A DNA stretch of 64,000 nucleotides from Bdellovibrionota bacterium (GCA_044352465.1 JBILDU010000001.1:1-64000); one strand, 5' to 3'; numbered from the stretch's first letter, positions 38,941-51,234 are shown. The notes: a model not told the origin generated them from the sequence alone. Made by a program: numbers and translations.

Positions 38941-39498
38941 AAAAATTCACGTTGATAATTTAGGTGGTTAGGCCCCTCACGGTTAGCGATCCGTTCCAGA
39001 ACCGTTGCCCCGAAAAATTTTTTGTTTAACTGATTTATACTTCGAAAGAAAATTTCGCGCGAAAGAATTGATTTCATTTATGATCACGCCGCCGATTTTT
39101 TTTTTCCAAAATGCGCTTGTAAAAAGATCGTACGCCGCTATAAATCTCAAACTCCGCTGACGACGATCATGTGGGTTTGCGTTTCGTGTTACTCGTTGCT
39201 CTTAAAAATCTGAACAAAAGTAGCGCGCCCAAAAAATCCGATCAGATCAGTGGAACTAGGTGGCGCCATACCTTCTTAGCAGTATCGAAGGTTCGGTCGC
39301 AGTCGATAAGACGGTTTTTTTCTCTCGGTGGTTTTTTTACCTCGATCGTTTCATGCCTCACCGCAGCGTTCCGTACCCGAAAGGTCAACCCGGGTGCACC
39401 GCTCAAAACGGCCGACAGCGTCTCCTCGAGGTCTTTAGGTGAACGGCTCACCCTTTTAACTGCCGCTTCTTTGATTTAACTGTTTTGGTTGCGTTGTT

Positions 39499-40920
39499 AT
39501 GCGTGATATCCGCGCCGATTCTGCTGTTGTGCCGTTGAGCGACTCTTGGAGAAACAGTCTCTCGGCTCTTAAAGCGGAACTCGACCCCCAGGTATTCGCT
39601 GCCTATATCAAGCCATTGGAATTACAAGGGTTTGATCGGGAAACTGGCGAATTCTCGGTGAGCGCCCCCTCCCGGTTGGTGTGTAATCACGTTGACCAGA
39701 ATTTCAAAACACAGCTCTGCTCAGCCTTGGCGCAAGAACTCGGAATGAGCAGCACTACCTTGAAGCTCGCGGTGCGCTCCGCGGTTGAGCCAACCTCATC
39801 GATCGATCGGGAATCGCGCAACGTGGTGGTTCGTAAGGTGAAGCCCCGTCTCCGTCCTCGCCATGACAGCGCCGCGCTCCCCCGAGTTGCGGGAGGCTTT
39901 TTTCAGCCGAACCCCAAGTACACGTTCGCTTCTTTCGTGGTTGGTAATAGCAATCAATTCTGCCACGCTGCTGCTTTGCGTGTGGCCGAGAATCCTGGTC
40001 AAAGCTACAACCCACTCTTCATCTACGGTGGGGTCGGTCTCGGGAAGACTCACCTGCTTCATGCGATCGGAAACGCCGTCTTAGAGAAGAATCCGCACGC
40101 CCGCGTCCTCTACATGTCGTCCGAGACGTTCACCAACGAACTGATTCAAGCCCTCCGTCATGCGAAGATGGATGAGTTCAAAAACAAAATGCGCAGTATC
40201 GAGGTGCTCCTCATCGATGATATTCAGTTTATGTGCGGCAAAGAGCGGACCCAAGAGGAGTTCTTTCACACCTTCAACGCTCTCTATAGCGCCAAACATC
40301 AAATCGTCATCACCTCGGATAAGATTCCCCAAGACATCCCGGGGATCGAAGAACGGTTACAAACTCGTTTCTCTTGGGGTCTCACCGCCGATATTCAAGC
40401 CCCTGATTTCGAAACGCGGGTCGCGATACTCAACCGCAAAGCGAACCTCGAGTCGTTCGCTGTGCCCGAAACCGTTTCGCACTATATCGCCGAGAACATC
40501 TCTTCGAACGTTCGCGAGCTTGAGGGCGCGCTGACTCGAGTTCATGCGATGAGCAGCTTACAAAGCAAACCGATTACCCTCGAACTCACCCAGACAGCTC
40601 TGAGGCCGCTTTTTCAACCAAAAACGGTGGCTCTCTCAGTTGATGATATTAAGCGTGCGGTAGCGGATCACTTTGGCATCAAGGTCAGTGAGATGGTCTC
40701 GAAGCGGCGCACCAAGAATCTTTCATTCCCCCGCCACATCGCCATGTATTTATGTCGTAAGCATACCACCTACTCTTATCCGGAGATCGGGGCACATTTC
40801 GGCGGACGTGATCATTCGAGCGTTATCCACGCTGCAAACGTCGTGTCGACCAAAGTAGGCAGTGATCAACAAGTCAAAGCGCTCGTCGCTGAAATAGAGC
40901 GGCGCTTACTGTCGCACTAA
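39499..40920 (+). CDS. dnaA: Chromosomal replication initiator DnaA
   Basis: YNPLFIYGGVGLGKTHL, DDIQF, QEEFFHTFN and GGRDHSSVIH. Confidence 0.98.
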   Translation: MRDIRADSAVVPLSDSWRNSLSALKAELDPQVFAAYIKPLELQGFDRETGEFSVSAPSRLVCNHVDQNFKTQLCSALAQELGMSSTTLKLAVRSAVEPTSSIDRESRNVVVRKVKPRLRPRHDSAALPRVAGGFFQPNPKYTFASFVVGNSNQFCHAAALRVAENPGQSYNPLFIYGGVGLGKTHLLHAIGNAVLEKNPHARVLYMSSETFTNELIQALRHAKMDEFKNKMRSIEVLLIDDIQFMCGKERTQEEFFHTFNALYSAKHQIVITSDKIPQDIPGIEERLQTRFSWGLTADIQAPDFETRVAILNRKANLESFAVPETVSHYIAENISSNVRELEGALTRVHAMSSLQSKPITLELTQTALRPLFQPKTVALSVDDIKRAVADHFGIKVSEMVSKRRTKNLSFPRHIAMYLCRKHTTYSYPEIGAHFGGRDHSSVIHAANVVSTKVGSDQQVKALVAEIERRLLSH

Positions 40921-41300
40921 TCTCGCTCCGACCAGCGGGGGACCGGCCCCTGCACCTAGTTTTGTGCAAAGCGTCGATAAGTCATTAATCATACAGGTAA
41001 ATTTCCGGCAAAACCTGTGAATATCTTCTGGTTATCCTGACAGAGATCATAGCGGCGAGTAGGCCATTTTTAGAGGTGTGGAAACTATCCCGAACGACCA
41101 ACGATTTGCTGACAAATTATCCACACCACTTGTGGTGAAACACAAAGAGGTTAGCGGTGTTTTTCACTGCTCAGACGTTGCCCTACTATTACTACTAATT
41201 TAATTCTATTTATTTGTAGATAAATTATCCGACCTTGTTAGAATCGTTAGCCCACATCGTGATGATGAGATGATGGGCGGTGCATTGGTGGTGAGGAAAA
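40921..41300. other. Replication origin oriC (DnaA boxes, DnaA-trios, AT-rich unwinding element)
   Basis: Perfect TTATCCACA at 41117-41125; near-consensus boxes at 40963, 41016, 41077, 41160 and 41215; CTA-CTA-TTA-CTA-CTA at 41183-41197 followed by an AT-rich tract. Confidence 0.88.
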
Positions 41301-41302
41301 CT

Positions 41303-42430
41303 ATGGACATTACGATATCAAAAGCTGAGCTCAATCGAGCGCTGTACCTTACGCAGAGCATCGTTGAGAGAAAAACAACGATGCCGATCTTGGTGAACGT
41401 CCTCATCTCAGCGTCGGATAGAAAACTTAAAATCGCCGCAACCGATCTCGAGATTACCGCGATGGCAACAGCGGCCGCCGAGGTGCGCTCTCCGGGCAGC
41501 ACCACTGTAAATGCAAAAGTATTTGCGGATATCGTACGTGAACTTCCCGATGGTGAAGTAACCGTGAAGTTGGGTGAAGGGGAACGGGTCGAGATCACCG
41601 CTAAGAACTCAAAGCTTAAGATGATCGGTGTGACGGCTGAGGAGTATCCCAGTCTTTCCGGTCTGGCGTTTACCCCCAAAAGTAAACTCCCAGCCCCCCA
41701 ATTATTGGAAATGATTGAGAAGACCCTGTATGCCGTCTCATTTGATGAGACTCGCTACAACCTTAACGGTGTCTGCTTCGAGCTTACGGGTGGAAAGGGG
41801 AAGAAAGATCCGCAGAGTCTCCGGATGGTCGCCACCGACGGTCACCGCTTGGCGCTCGTTACCCGTCCGGTGAGTGGGATGTCGTTTACCGAAAGGGTCA
41901 TTGTGCCCCGCAAAGGCCTCACAGAGGTCAAAAAGATAGTTGAGGGTGCGGGTGATAAGGATATCGGTTTTGATATCGTGGACGGCTTCCTGGTGGTCGA
42001 ATCAGGCGATGCTAAAATAGCTATGCGACTCATCGACGGAGAGTTTCCGGATTACAACCAGGTTCTACCCAAGGATAAGGGCACGGTCGCAACGCTTAAC
42101 GCTGGCGAGTTCGCCCAGGCGCTTCGGCGGGTAGTCCTCATGGTGAGTGACAAGAACAAGTGCGTCAAACTTGATTTCGCTAAATCGAGCCTCCGCATTT
42201 CAAGCTCCTCCCCGGAACTTGGTGAGGCGAGCGAGGAGCTTGCGGTGAGCTACGACGGCAAGCCGTTAAGCGTTGGTTTCAATGCGAAGTACCTCCTTGA
42301 TATCGCACTATCGATACAAGAGTCCCAAAACCTCGCGATGGAGCTGCATGGTGAACTTGGACCGGGGCGTTGTTACGCCGAGGGGGATGAGGCGTACGAG
42401 GCGATCGTCATGCCGATGCGGCTAGCCTAA
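41303..42430 (+). CDS. dnaN: DNA polymerase III beta sliding clamp
   Basis: ATDLE, VATDGHRL, LIDGEFPDY and VMPMRL; GAGG RBS before ATG 41303. Confidence 0.97.
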   Translation: MDITISKAELNRALYLTQSIVERKTTMPILVNVLISASDRKLKIAATDLEITAMATAAAEVRSPGSTTVNAKVFADIVRELPDGEVTVKLGEGERVEITAKNSKLKMIGVTAEEYPSLSGLAFTPKSKLPAPQLLEMIEKTLYAVSFDETRYNLNGVCFELTGGKGKKDPQSLRMVATDGHRLALVTRPVSGMSFTERVIVPRKGLTEVKKIVEGAGDKDIGFDIVDGFLVVESGDAKIAMRLIDGEFPDYNQVLPKDKGTVATLNAGEFAQALRRVVLMVSDKNKCVKLDFAKSSLRISSSSPELGEASEELAVSYDGKPLSVGFNAKYLLDIALSIQESQNLAMELHGELGPGRCYAEGDEAYEAIVMPMRLA

Positions 42431-42474
42431 AAATGGCGCGATTCAAGTGGTAGTGAGGAGGTAGCGGAGAAGAC

Positions 42475-43575
42475 GTGTACATCGAATGGCTCAAGCTCTT
42501 TCATTTTAGAAATCTTGAGAACTCAACCCGACACTTTTCTCCGGGCCTCAACATCATCTGTGGTCAAAACGGGCAGGGAAAGACGAACCTTATCGAGGCG
42601 ATAAACCTCCTTTGCACCGGCCGTTCATTTCGAACCCAAACGGTAGCGGACCTGGTGCGATGGGGCGAAACGGGCGCGTCAGCATTTGCACTTATCAAAG
42701 GTGCATTAACCGATGAGGAGCTTGGAGTTTCGATTGAACAGGGAACTCGCAGCGCCTTTGTGAACGGCAACAAGGTGCGCTCCTTGACCGAATTTGTGGG
42801 GCGGCTTTTATGCGTCACCTTTTCACCGATCGACCTTGCGATCGTTAAAGGCAGCCCTCAGGTGCGGCGTAAATTCCTCGATCGCCACATCGTTGATTTC
42901 GAGCCTGCTCTTATGGGGGCGATCCTTGATTATCATCGCGCCCTTAAAAGTAAGGCGGCCTTACTCAAGGGTGGGGACGCCGACACATCGGCGCTTGAGC
43001 CGTGGAATCAGCTCATGGCGACCGCCGCAGCTTCGATACTCCGATCCCGCCGAGCGTTACTCCGGGGGCTGGAGGAAGCCGCAAATGAGTATTACCGCAC
43101 GCTAGCTCACCACGATGGTCAGGTGAGCTTAAAACTTGAGAGCGATATCGAGGGCGAATCTCCATCGGCTGAGGATATTTTTACCCAACTGATGGACGTT
43201 CAGGGGCGTGAGCGCCGCTACAAGTCACCGGTCCGTGGCCCCCACCGGGATGACGTGCTTATCTCCCTTGATGGGCACGACGCTCGGGCATTCGCCTCAC
43301 AGGGACAGGCTCGCAGCATCGTTCTGGCTTTAAAACTTGGCGTGATTGCGCTCTTGGAGTCACATCGAAAAGAGGCGCCGATAGTGCTTCTTGATGATGT
43401 CGATTCCGAACTCGATCAATCGCGGTGCGACGCGTTGTTTGAACTTATCTATCACACGAAACGACAGGTCTTTGTGACCGGGACAGATCGTGACCGCGCG
43501 GCGCGGCGTCGTCCCGGGGAATGCTCCGAGTGGGAGATTCGGGGTGGGGGTATCAACGTCGCTAGCGATCCCTAA
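42475..43575 (+). CDS. recF: DNA replication/repair protein RecF
   Basis: FRN, GQNGQGKTN, GPHRDD, SQGQ and LLDDVDSELD. Confidence 0.96.
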   Translation: MYIEWLKLFHFRNLENSTRHFSPGLNIICGQNGQGKTNLIEAINLLCTGRSFRTQTVADLVRWGETGASAFALIKGALTDEELGVSIEQGTRSAFVNGNKVRSLTEFVGRLLCVTFSPIDLAIVKGSPQVRRKFLDRHIVDFEPALMGAILDYHRALKSKAALLKGGDADTSALEPWNQLMATAAASILRSRRALLRGLEEAANEYYRTLAHHDGQVSLKLESDIEGESPSAEDIFTQLMDVQGRERRYKSPVRGPHRDDVLISLDGHDARAFASQGQARSIVLALKLGVIALLESHRKEAPIVLLDDVDSELDQSRCDALFELIYHTKRQVFVTGTDRDRAARRRPGECSEWEIRGGGINVASDP

Positions 43576-43776
43576 AAGCCGATTTTAAACGTTTTTAGAC
43601 CACCGAAACGCTTTTTCACCGGGCGATCCGATTAAACATAATTAAACACTCGAATTTGTTCATTAAAATAACACGAAAACACGCATTTCGTAGCTTTACC
43701 TAAATAAGCTAACAGTCCTATACTACAAGGAATTCATATTTTTTCAGGGGCCACTAAGGTGGCTAGTTAAAAATAG

Positions 43777-46353
<2,577 letters not shown>

Positions 46354-46800
46354 TTTTTCGAAGTGATTCTTGCAGACGTTTTCCCCTGTACCGGGGCAAC
46401 TTTTTGCAGGGGGCAGAGCGAGGAGCGATCCATCCTCCCACTCTAAATAAATACCTCCATCTGCATCGAGTAGCCCCGGTGCAGAGAACAGGTGCAGAGA
46501 ACAACGCGAATTCTTTGGCACGAGAGTGTGCTGCGATTAACGTTGCGTCTGTCGGATTCTCCACTTGCACATATTTCTTGAATAAGTCCGGAAAAACCGC
46601 GCGAGCCTCGTTTGTCAGGTGCAACAAACCAGAAGCAGGGAAGGGGTTTGGCCCCTCCGCTAAAAGATACAGCGTCGCGCGCTCTGGGGCTCCGCGTATC
46701 GATACCCACCGACGAGCTTTCCGGCAATCCCCGATGGGGGCAACCACCAAGGTTACCGGTTCCCGATAGCGAGCCGCGTTCGCCGATCCGCTACCGATAC
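46354..46800 (-). pseudogene. Probable decayed gene with a 13-bp frameshifting tandem duplication
   Basis: GGTGCAGAGAACA twice at 46478-46503; removing one copy fuses ...KEFALFSAP to GLLDADGGIYLEWEDG... Confidence 0.4.
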
Positions 46801-46900
46801 TGCCTCACAAATAGGTGTATCAGTATGTTACGGGGCTTGTCCCTCACGGTAAAATTGTGAGGCGGCATCTAATTTGCTCCCCTCTAGAATCTTAATAGCG

Positions 46901-49801
46901 ATGGAGCGACGAACTCGTACGATTGTTACCGCCTTCAGCGCCCTTTTGCTCGGGGTTATGCCGCTCTGTGCGGTGAGGGGCGAAACGACAGTGACCGTAG
47001 AAAGAAGCCGCTTCGCCGATACTACCTTCTACGAATCCGGGGCACCCGCGACAACTTTGGACGGGAGCCTCGAGAACCTAGCTTTTGCGATGGGTCGGGA
47101 ACATTTCCGACTCGATCCGCTCACCATTCTCCTTGGCTCACTCATCACGACTCAGCACAATTCGGCGCTCAATCGGCAGGCCATCGACGCGTTCTTAAAT
47201 ACGAGCGATCCGAAGTACTACAACGGCGTGGCCGGATTCAAACTCCCCGTCCACCGAGTAGACGCCGATGGCACGATCGAAGCACCTCTCGATGGCCCGA
47301 CAACCCTCGAAGGAATCTCGAACATGCTGCGCTGGTTCGGTGTGGACGCTTGGGCGCAGGATAATCTGAATACGCTCGCCCCCCAAAACAAACGGATCAT
47401 CACCCGGTGGATCGAGGGGGCGCAAGCAGCAGCCCGAGAACTCGAGGAGGATTTTTACAGCCGCAATCCGAGTCTCCGTAGCACCAACATCGTCAAATAC
47501 TTTTGCAACCTCCAACTCCACGATGTGCTGCGGGGCTATGCTTGGATTAGCCAGAGCTACGATTTCGGCGGAATTACCGGGATGCTCAAGAGCATCCCGA
47601 CATGGCTTCGATCGGAAAATCTCGGGGCTCCGCTCTCCGTGGGGATGAAGACGGGCGACGCACTCGGGGTGCCCCCTGAGTTTCCTACTTTCACTCAACC
47701 GGAGCACCTCGCGCAGGGTGCATCAAACGGCGCCGCTTTTACGTTTATGCCGACCGATCGTCCCGGTGCTCGGGAGTGCGTCGTGGCCGGCGAGCCGCAC
47801 CAACCCTCGACGTGGGGCACACCCGGTGGCCCCCTCACCCAGGTGAAGGTCTTTCGCGCCTACGCCAGACGGAGCAAGGATCAGCTTATCCCCTTCGTCG
47901 TCGCGGCATACCCAACCCTCGCCGGTTTCATCGGGTTACAATTTACTCCGCACAGCGCCACGAGCGGCACCGCAGATCCGATCGGTGGGGGGATCTTATT
48001 TTTTGCGGAGACGAATGGCGCGGATTATTTTTACGATGGGGCATGGCGGCCGCTGAGGCGATCGCCCCTAACGCTTACCCGAAACGGCGCTCCGGTGACC
48101 ATAGACCGCTTTGAGGTGCCCGGATTCGGCAAAGTCTTCGCTCTCGTGCAGGAGCCGAGTACGGGTAGGACTTACGTCCTTTCCTGGCGTCAGAAATCCC
48201 CATCAAATTTCCTCAACGGCTTTTGGTCGCGGCTTCGCGCCGGGCTTGCAAATGATGGCGCAGCCTTTATAGCAGCGGTCGAAGACGGGCTACCCTTTTA
48301 CGGAGAAGCGGGTTGCGCTCCGCGTCGTCCGAGCGATACCGTCGCGGCTCCGCGGACCGCGTACTACGCCATGAACCAGGGCAAAATCGACCGCATCAAC
48401 GAACCGAACACCATCAACCCGCTCACGGTAAACGCCGTCCAGCCGGGCGCAGCCAAAGTAGGACTCGATCCATCCACGGTCTGTAGTGGACAGCTGTGGA
48501 CAAGCTCCGATAACGGAAACTTTAAGTCGGGTTGCCCGGGACGACCAGAGCGCCCCTACTATCAAGATCCTGGCCTGCAGACCGACCGGCAGTTCGCCGT
48601 GCGGCGTTTTGTTACCGAGCACCTTCAATCGCCGATCTCCCGAGCTGAGGTGTTTCGCTTCGCCACGAGCACCGATTCTGTTGGGCTCGCCCGCTTTATC
48701 GATGTGCTCGTCGCCGCGGTCGATGGGTATGCGGAGAGTCGCCTTACGCCGGATCAATTCGCCTTCGTCTCGGCGGTGGCCAACGTTCTTCGGCTTAACA
48801 CCACCGGTGCTATCTTTGATACCCCCGAGCAGCTCCTGGTGATGTACCTCGCTGATGAGCTATTCAATCCGATCGTCGCTGGTGCTATCGCCATGCCCGC
48901 TCCGATTCGAGAGTATCTCTTCAAACCGGAGACGACGCGTGCGGAGATGATCGCCGGGTTCGATGACACAGCCGCCACGTTCCTTATCGATGCGATCATC
49001 GCCGGGACAAACTTTGTCGCGGAGCGGTGTTTAGGCGAAGGAAATATGTCGTACCATCCAGCGATGTCGCTGACGATCTCCGGCACGCAGGTCGCAGCTC
49101 AGTTTGGCGGACCGGGATTTGGGGGAAGAAGCTCCGGCATTGTGCGTTTTGGGCGCGATCTCGGAGGGAACAAAACGTGCAAGATCGAGCTTGTGGCATC
49201 CTCACCGTTTAAGTTCGTTGCGACCGAGGAGTCGTTGCGTTACCTCACGTTCGGACCACCGGTAAGCCCTTTGACGTTCGAGGATGGACTTTATCAGACA
49301 GCGAACGCTGCGTGGGGCGGTCTGTGGGCACATCACAACAGCCGTGGGGATGGTTCGGGGGGCATCGAATCGTATCGGGAGTTCCGCCTCGCTCCGGTAA
49401 GCCGGCCGCCGAGCGACCCCGATACGCTGCGAACGTGGAAGATCTCTGTGCCCTCGCAGAGGGCGCTCGTTCTCACTGGGAGGAGCATACGCTCAACGGT
49501 CTACTCAATTCGCTCGGCCGTTCGCCGGCTCAGGGCACCTCATGCGGTAAATAACGAGCGGGAGCGGCGCGCTCAGGCCAAAGCGCGTAAGACGATCACG
49601 ACCAAACGATTCGTCCTCGTCAAGCTCGGAGCGAACTACTCCAAAATCGCTACTCCGACCACCGCATCTGCGGCGCTACGCTCCCAGCTACAATCGTTAA
49701 ACCGCCTCTTGCGAGGCCTCGGCGACGAGCCGAACGCCGCGACGGTGAAACGCCGCAAAGGGGCGTTGAAGCTCTGCGACGCTCTCCTAAAGAGATTGTA
49801 G
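46901..49801 (+). CDS. Large secreted protein, divergent Ntn-hydrolase (penicillin/AHL acylase, peptidase S45-like)
   Basis: Signal peptide; LAFAMGREHFRLD resembles the alpha-subunit motif; GA|SNGAAF...VVAGEPHQP resembles G|SNNWAV...LLANDPHL. Confidence 0.55.
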   Translation: MERRTRTIVTAFSALLLGVMPLCAVRGETTVTVERSRFADTTFYESGAPATTLDGSLENLAFAMGREHFRLDPLTILLGSLITTQHNSALNRQAIDAFLNTSDPKYYNGVAGFKLPVHRVDADGTIEAPLDGPTTLEGISNMLRWFGVDAWAQDNLNTLAPQNKRIITRWIEGAQAAARELEEDFYSRNPSLRSTNIVKYFCNLQLHDVLRGYAWISQSYDFGGITGMLKSIPTWLRSENLGAPLSVGMKTGDALGVPPEFPTFTQPEHLAQGASNGAAFTFMPTDRPGARECVVAGEPHQPSTWGTPGGPLTQVKVFRAYARRSKDQLIPFVVAAYPTLAGFIGLQFTPHSATSGTADPIGGGILFFAETNGADYFYDGAWRPLRRSPLTLTRNGAPVTIDRFEVPGFGKVFALVQEPSTGRTYVLSWRQKSPSNFLNGFWSRLRAGLANDGAAFIAAVEDGLPFYGEAGCAPRRPSDTVAAPRTAYYAMNQGKIDRINEPNTINPLTVNAVQPGAAKVGLDPSTVCSGQLWTSSDNGNFKSGCPGRPERPYYQDPGLQTDRQFAVRRFVTEHLQSPISRAEVFRFATSTDSVGLARFIDVLVAAVDGYAESRLTPDQFAFVSAVANVLRLNTTGAIFDTPEQLLVMYLADELFNPIVAGAIAMPAPIREYLFKPETTRAEMIAGFDDTAATFLIDAIIAGTNFVAERCLGEGNMSYHPAMSLTISGTQVAAQFGGPGFGGRSSGIVRFGRDLGGNKTCKIELVASSPFKFVATEESLRYLTFGPPVSPLTFEDGLYQTANAAWGGLWAHHNSRGDGSGGIESYREFRLAPVSRPPSDPDTLRTWKISVPSQRALVLTGRSIRSTVYSIRSAVRRLRAPHAVNNERERRAQAKARKTITTKRFVLVKLGANYSKIATPTTASAALRSQLQSLNRLLRGLGDEPNAATVKRRKGALKLCDALLKRL

Positions 49802-49809
49802 GTTTTGTG

Positions 49810-50206
49810 TCGAATCACCCCCAGCGACCTATGGAGGGCTCGACTCTGTCGAGCCGTGTTTGAATCACCGGTGGTACTACAGCCGGACAGAGTCCGGCCC
49901 TCCAGTCCTTGCTCGAATCACCTGTGGTACCCTGGCCGGATGGAATCCGACCCTCCAGAATCGAATCACTCGCAGAGACCTGTGGAGGGCTCGACTCTGT
50001 CGAGCCGCGCTTGAATCACCGGTGGTACTACAGCCGGACAGAGTTCGGCCCTCCAGTCCTTGCTCGAATCACCTGTGGTGCCCTGGCCGGATGGAATCCG
50101 ACCCTCCAGAATCGAATCACTCGCAGAGACCTGTGGAGGGCTCGACTCTGTCGAGCCTTGGTCGTGTCACCTCAGGCGCTTCGGCCGGATAGAATCCAGC
50201 CCTCCA
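49810..50206. repeat. 151-bp tandem array (about 2.6 units) of REP-like palindromes (BIME-like)
   Basis: TGGAGGGCTCGACTCTGTCGAGCC at 49832, 49983 and 50134 (period 151); five inverted variants ending CCCTCCA. Confidence 0.9.
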
Positions 50207-50217
50207 GACAAGAATCG

Positions 50218-50844
50218 CTAGTTTTCGATCCTGACCGGCTGAGTACCGGAGCAGTTGATCGGCTCGATGAGTGTGTAGGTCGTTTCGCAGCTGCAGCCCG
50301 GAATACTTGCGCTACCGCTCAGCGCTCCCGGCTCATCGCAACTTGCGTTAGGTGGAAAAACCGTCACAGAGGCTGCGGTCTGCATGCAGAGCTCCTTTAT
50401 TCCTTCGCACGAAGGTTCAACAGCAGGCTCGTTGAACGTGCAGATCTTGACTGCGAGAGCGCGCCAGTCACACCCATACGCACTTGCGGTGATCGTTCGA
50501 AGCCCAGCCTGCTTGAGCCATAACTTTTTCGACTCTCGATAAAATGCGTTAAGCTCCCCTTGAATGATGTCCGCGGAGCTCTCACACAGCCCGAAGAAAC
50601 TCCCGATATCCGCCACTGGAAGTAGATGGGTGGGTAGTTGAGCCATAAGTGCGGCGCAGATCTGCTCGGTAGAGGCGGTCCCGCCCGCAGGTGGTAGGCC
50701 GATTACGTCGTCGGTTCGAAAGCTATCGAAGCAGGTTGTCGGTTGATTGAGCCGCAGGTGTTTGTGGTGAGTACGGGGGCATTCGCGGTTTTCGGAAACT
50801 CGGTTGAGGATGCGATAGTGGTCGGGCGCCACGAGGGAATTCAT
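50218..50844 (-). CDS. Cys-rich hypothetical protein, possibly N-terminally truncated
   Basis: C-terminal ~170 aa look like a disulfide-rich exported protein; the N-terminal part overlaps a plus-strand ORF. Confidence 0.4.
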   Translation of the reverse strand: MNSLVAPDHYRILNRVSENRECPRTHHKHLRLNQPTTCFDSFRTDDVIGLPPAGGTASTEQICAALMAQLPTHLLPVADIGSFFGLCESSADIIQGELNAFYRESKKLWLKQAGLRTITASAYGCDWRALAVKICTFNEPAVEPSCEGIKELCMQTAASVTVFPPNASCDEPGALSGSASIPGCSCETTYTLIEPINCSGTQPVRIEN

Positions 50845-51195
50845 CTGGCTGACGTAGCGCTTAACTTTCCCTCAAGAGCGCCAGAGGTGATCGAGCTCAT
50901 GAAAGATATTCAACGCGCCTCTCCTCAATTTTTCGAGGTCGTAAATGAGAGTTCGTGGACGTCGGCGAAATCTGGAGGCCAGTCGCGCGATAGTAGCGCC
51001 GAGTTCTTTGCCTCGACCCTCCATGCGCTTCTCGATGATAGGGGTATCGCGGAGTTGAGGAGTTACAACGCTGAGCTTCTTCGGCGGTGCGCGGAAACGT
51101 TTTTAGGGGTGTTAGCGAGCCCACCCCACGCCCTGCCGCCAACGGCACCGGTCATCGCGGCGCTCAGGGGCTTGGCAGAGGGGGAAGGGCGGTAA
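50743..51195 (+). CDS. HExxH metallopeptidase-like protein or fragment
   Basis: RHEGIHL plus downstream AEFFAS; weak TTG start without a clear RBS. Confidence 0.45.
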   Translation: MIEPQVFVVSTGAFAVFGNSVEDAIVVGRHEGIHLADVALNFPSRAPEVIELMKDIQRASPQFFEVVNESSWTSAKSGGQSRDSSAEFFASTLHALLDDRGIAELRSYNAELLRRCAETFLGVLASPPHALPPTAPVIAALRGLAEGEGR

Positions 51196-51205
51196 GGGCG
51201 TATAT

Positions 51206-51234
51206 TTGACCGAGTGGTGAAGTTCAGGTACGTT
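51206..51234 (+). promoter_or_regulatory. Sigma70-like promoter
   Basis: TTGACC-17 bp-TACGTT upstream of the small basic ORF. Confidence 0.5.

Noticed and set aside
39171..39479. Small ORFs or rpmH upstream of dnaA
   Set aside because: No L34 motif (MKRT.QP) in the listed ORFs; they lack an RBS and protein-like composition
49810..50206. CRISPR array
   Set aside because: The intervening sequences are themselves repeated with a 151-bp period, the repeats alternate orientation, and there are no cas genes
49805..50523. ORFs 49805-50014, 49860-50192 and 49909-50523
   Set aside because: They are translations of the tandem repeat; the 151-bp period is not a multiple of 3, so the same peptide appears in shifting frames
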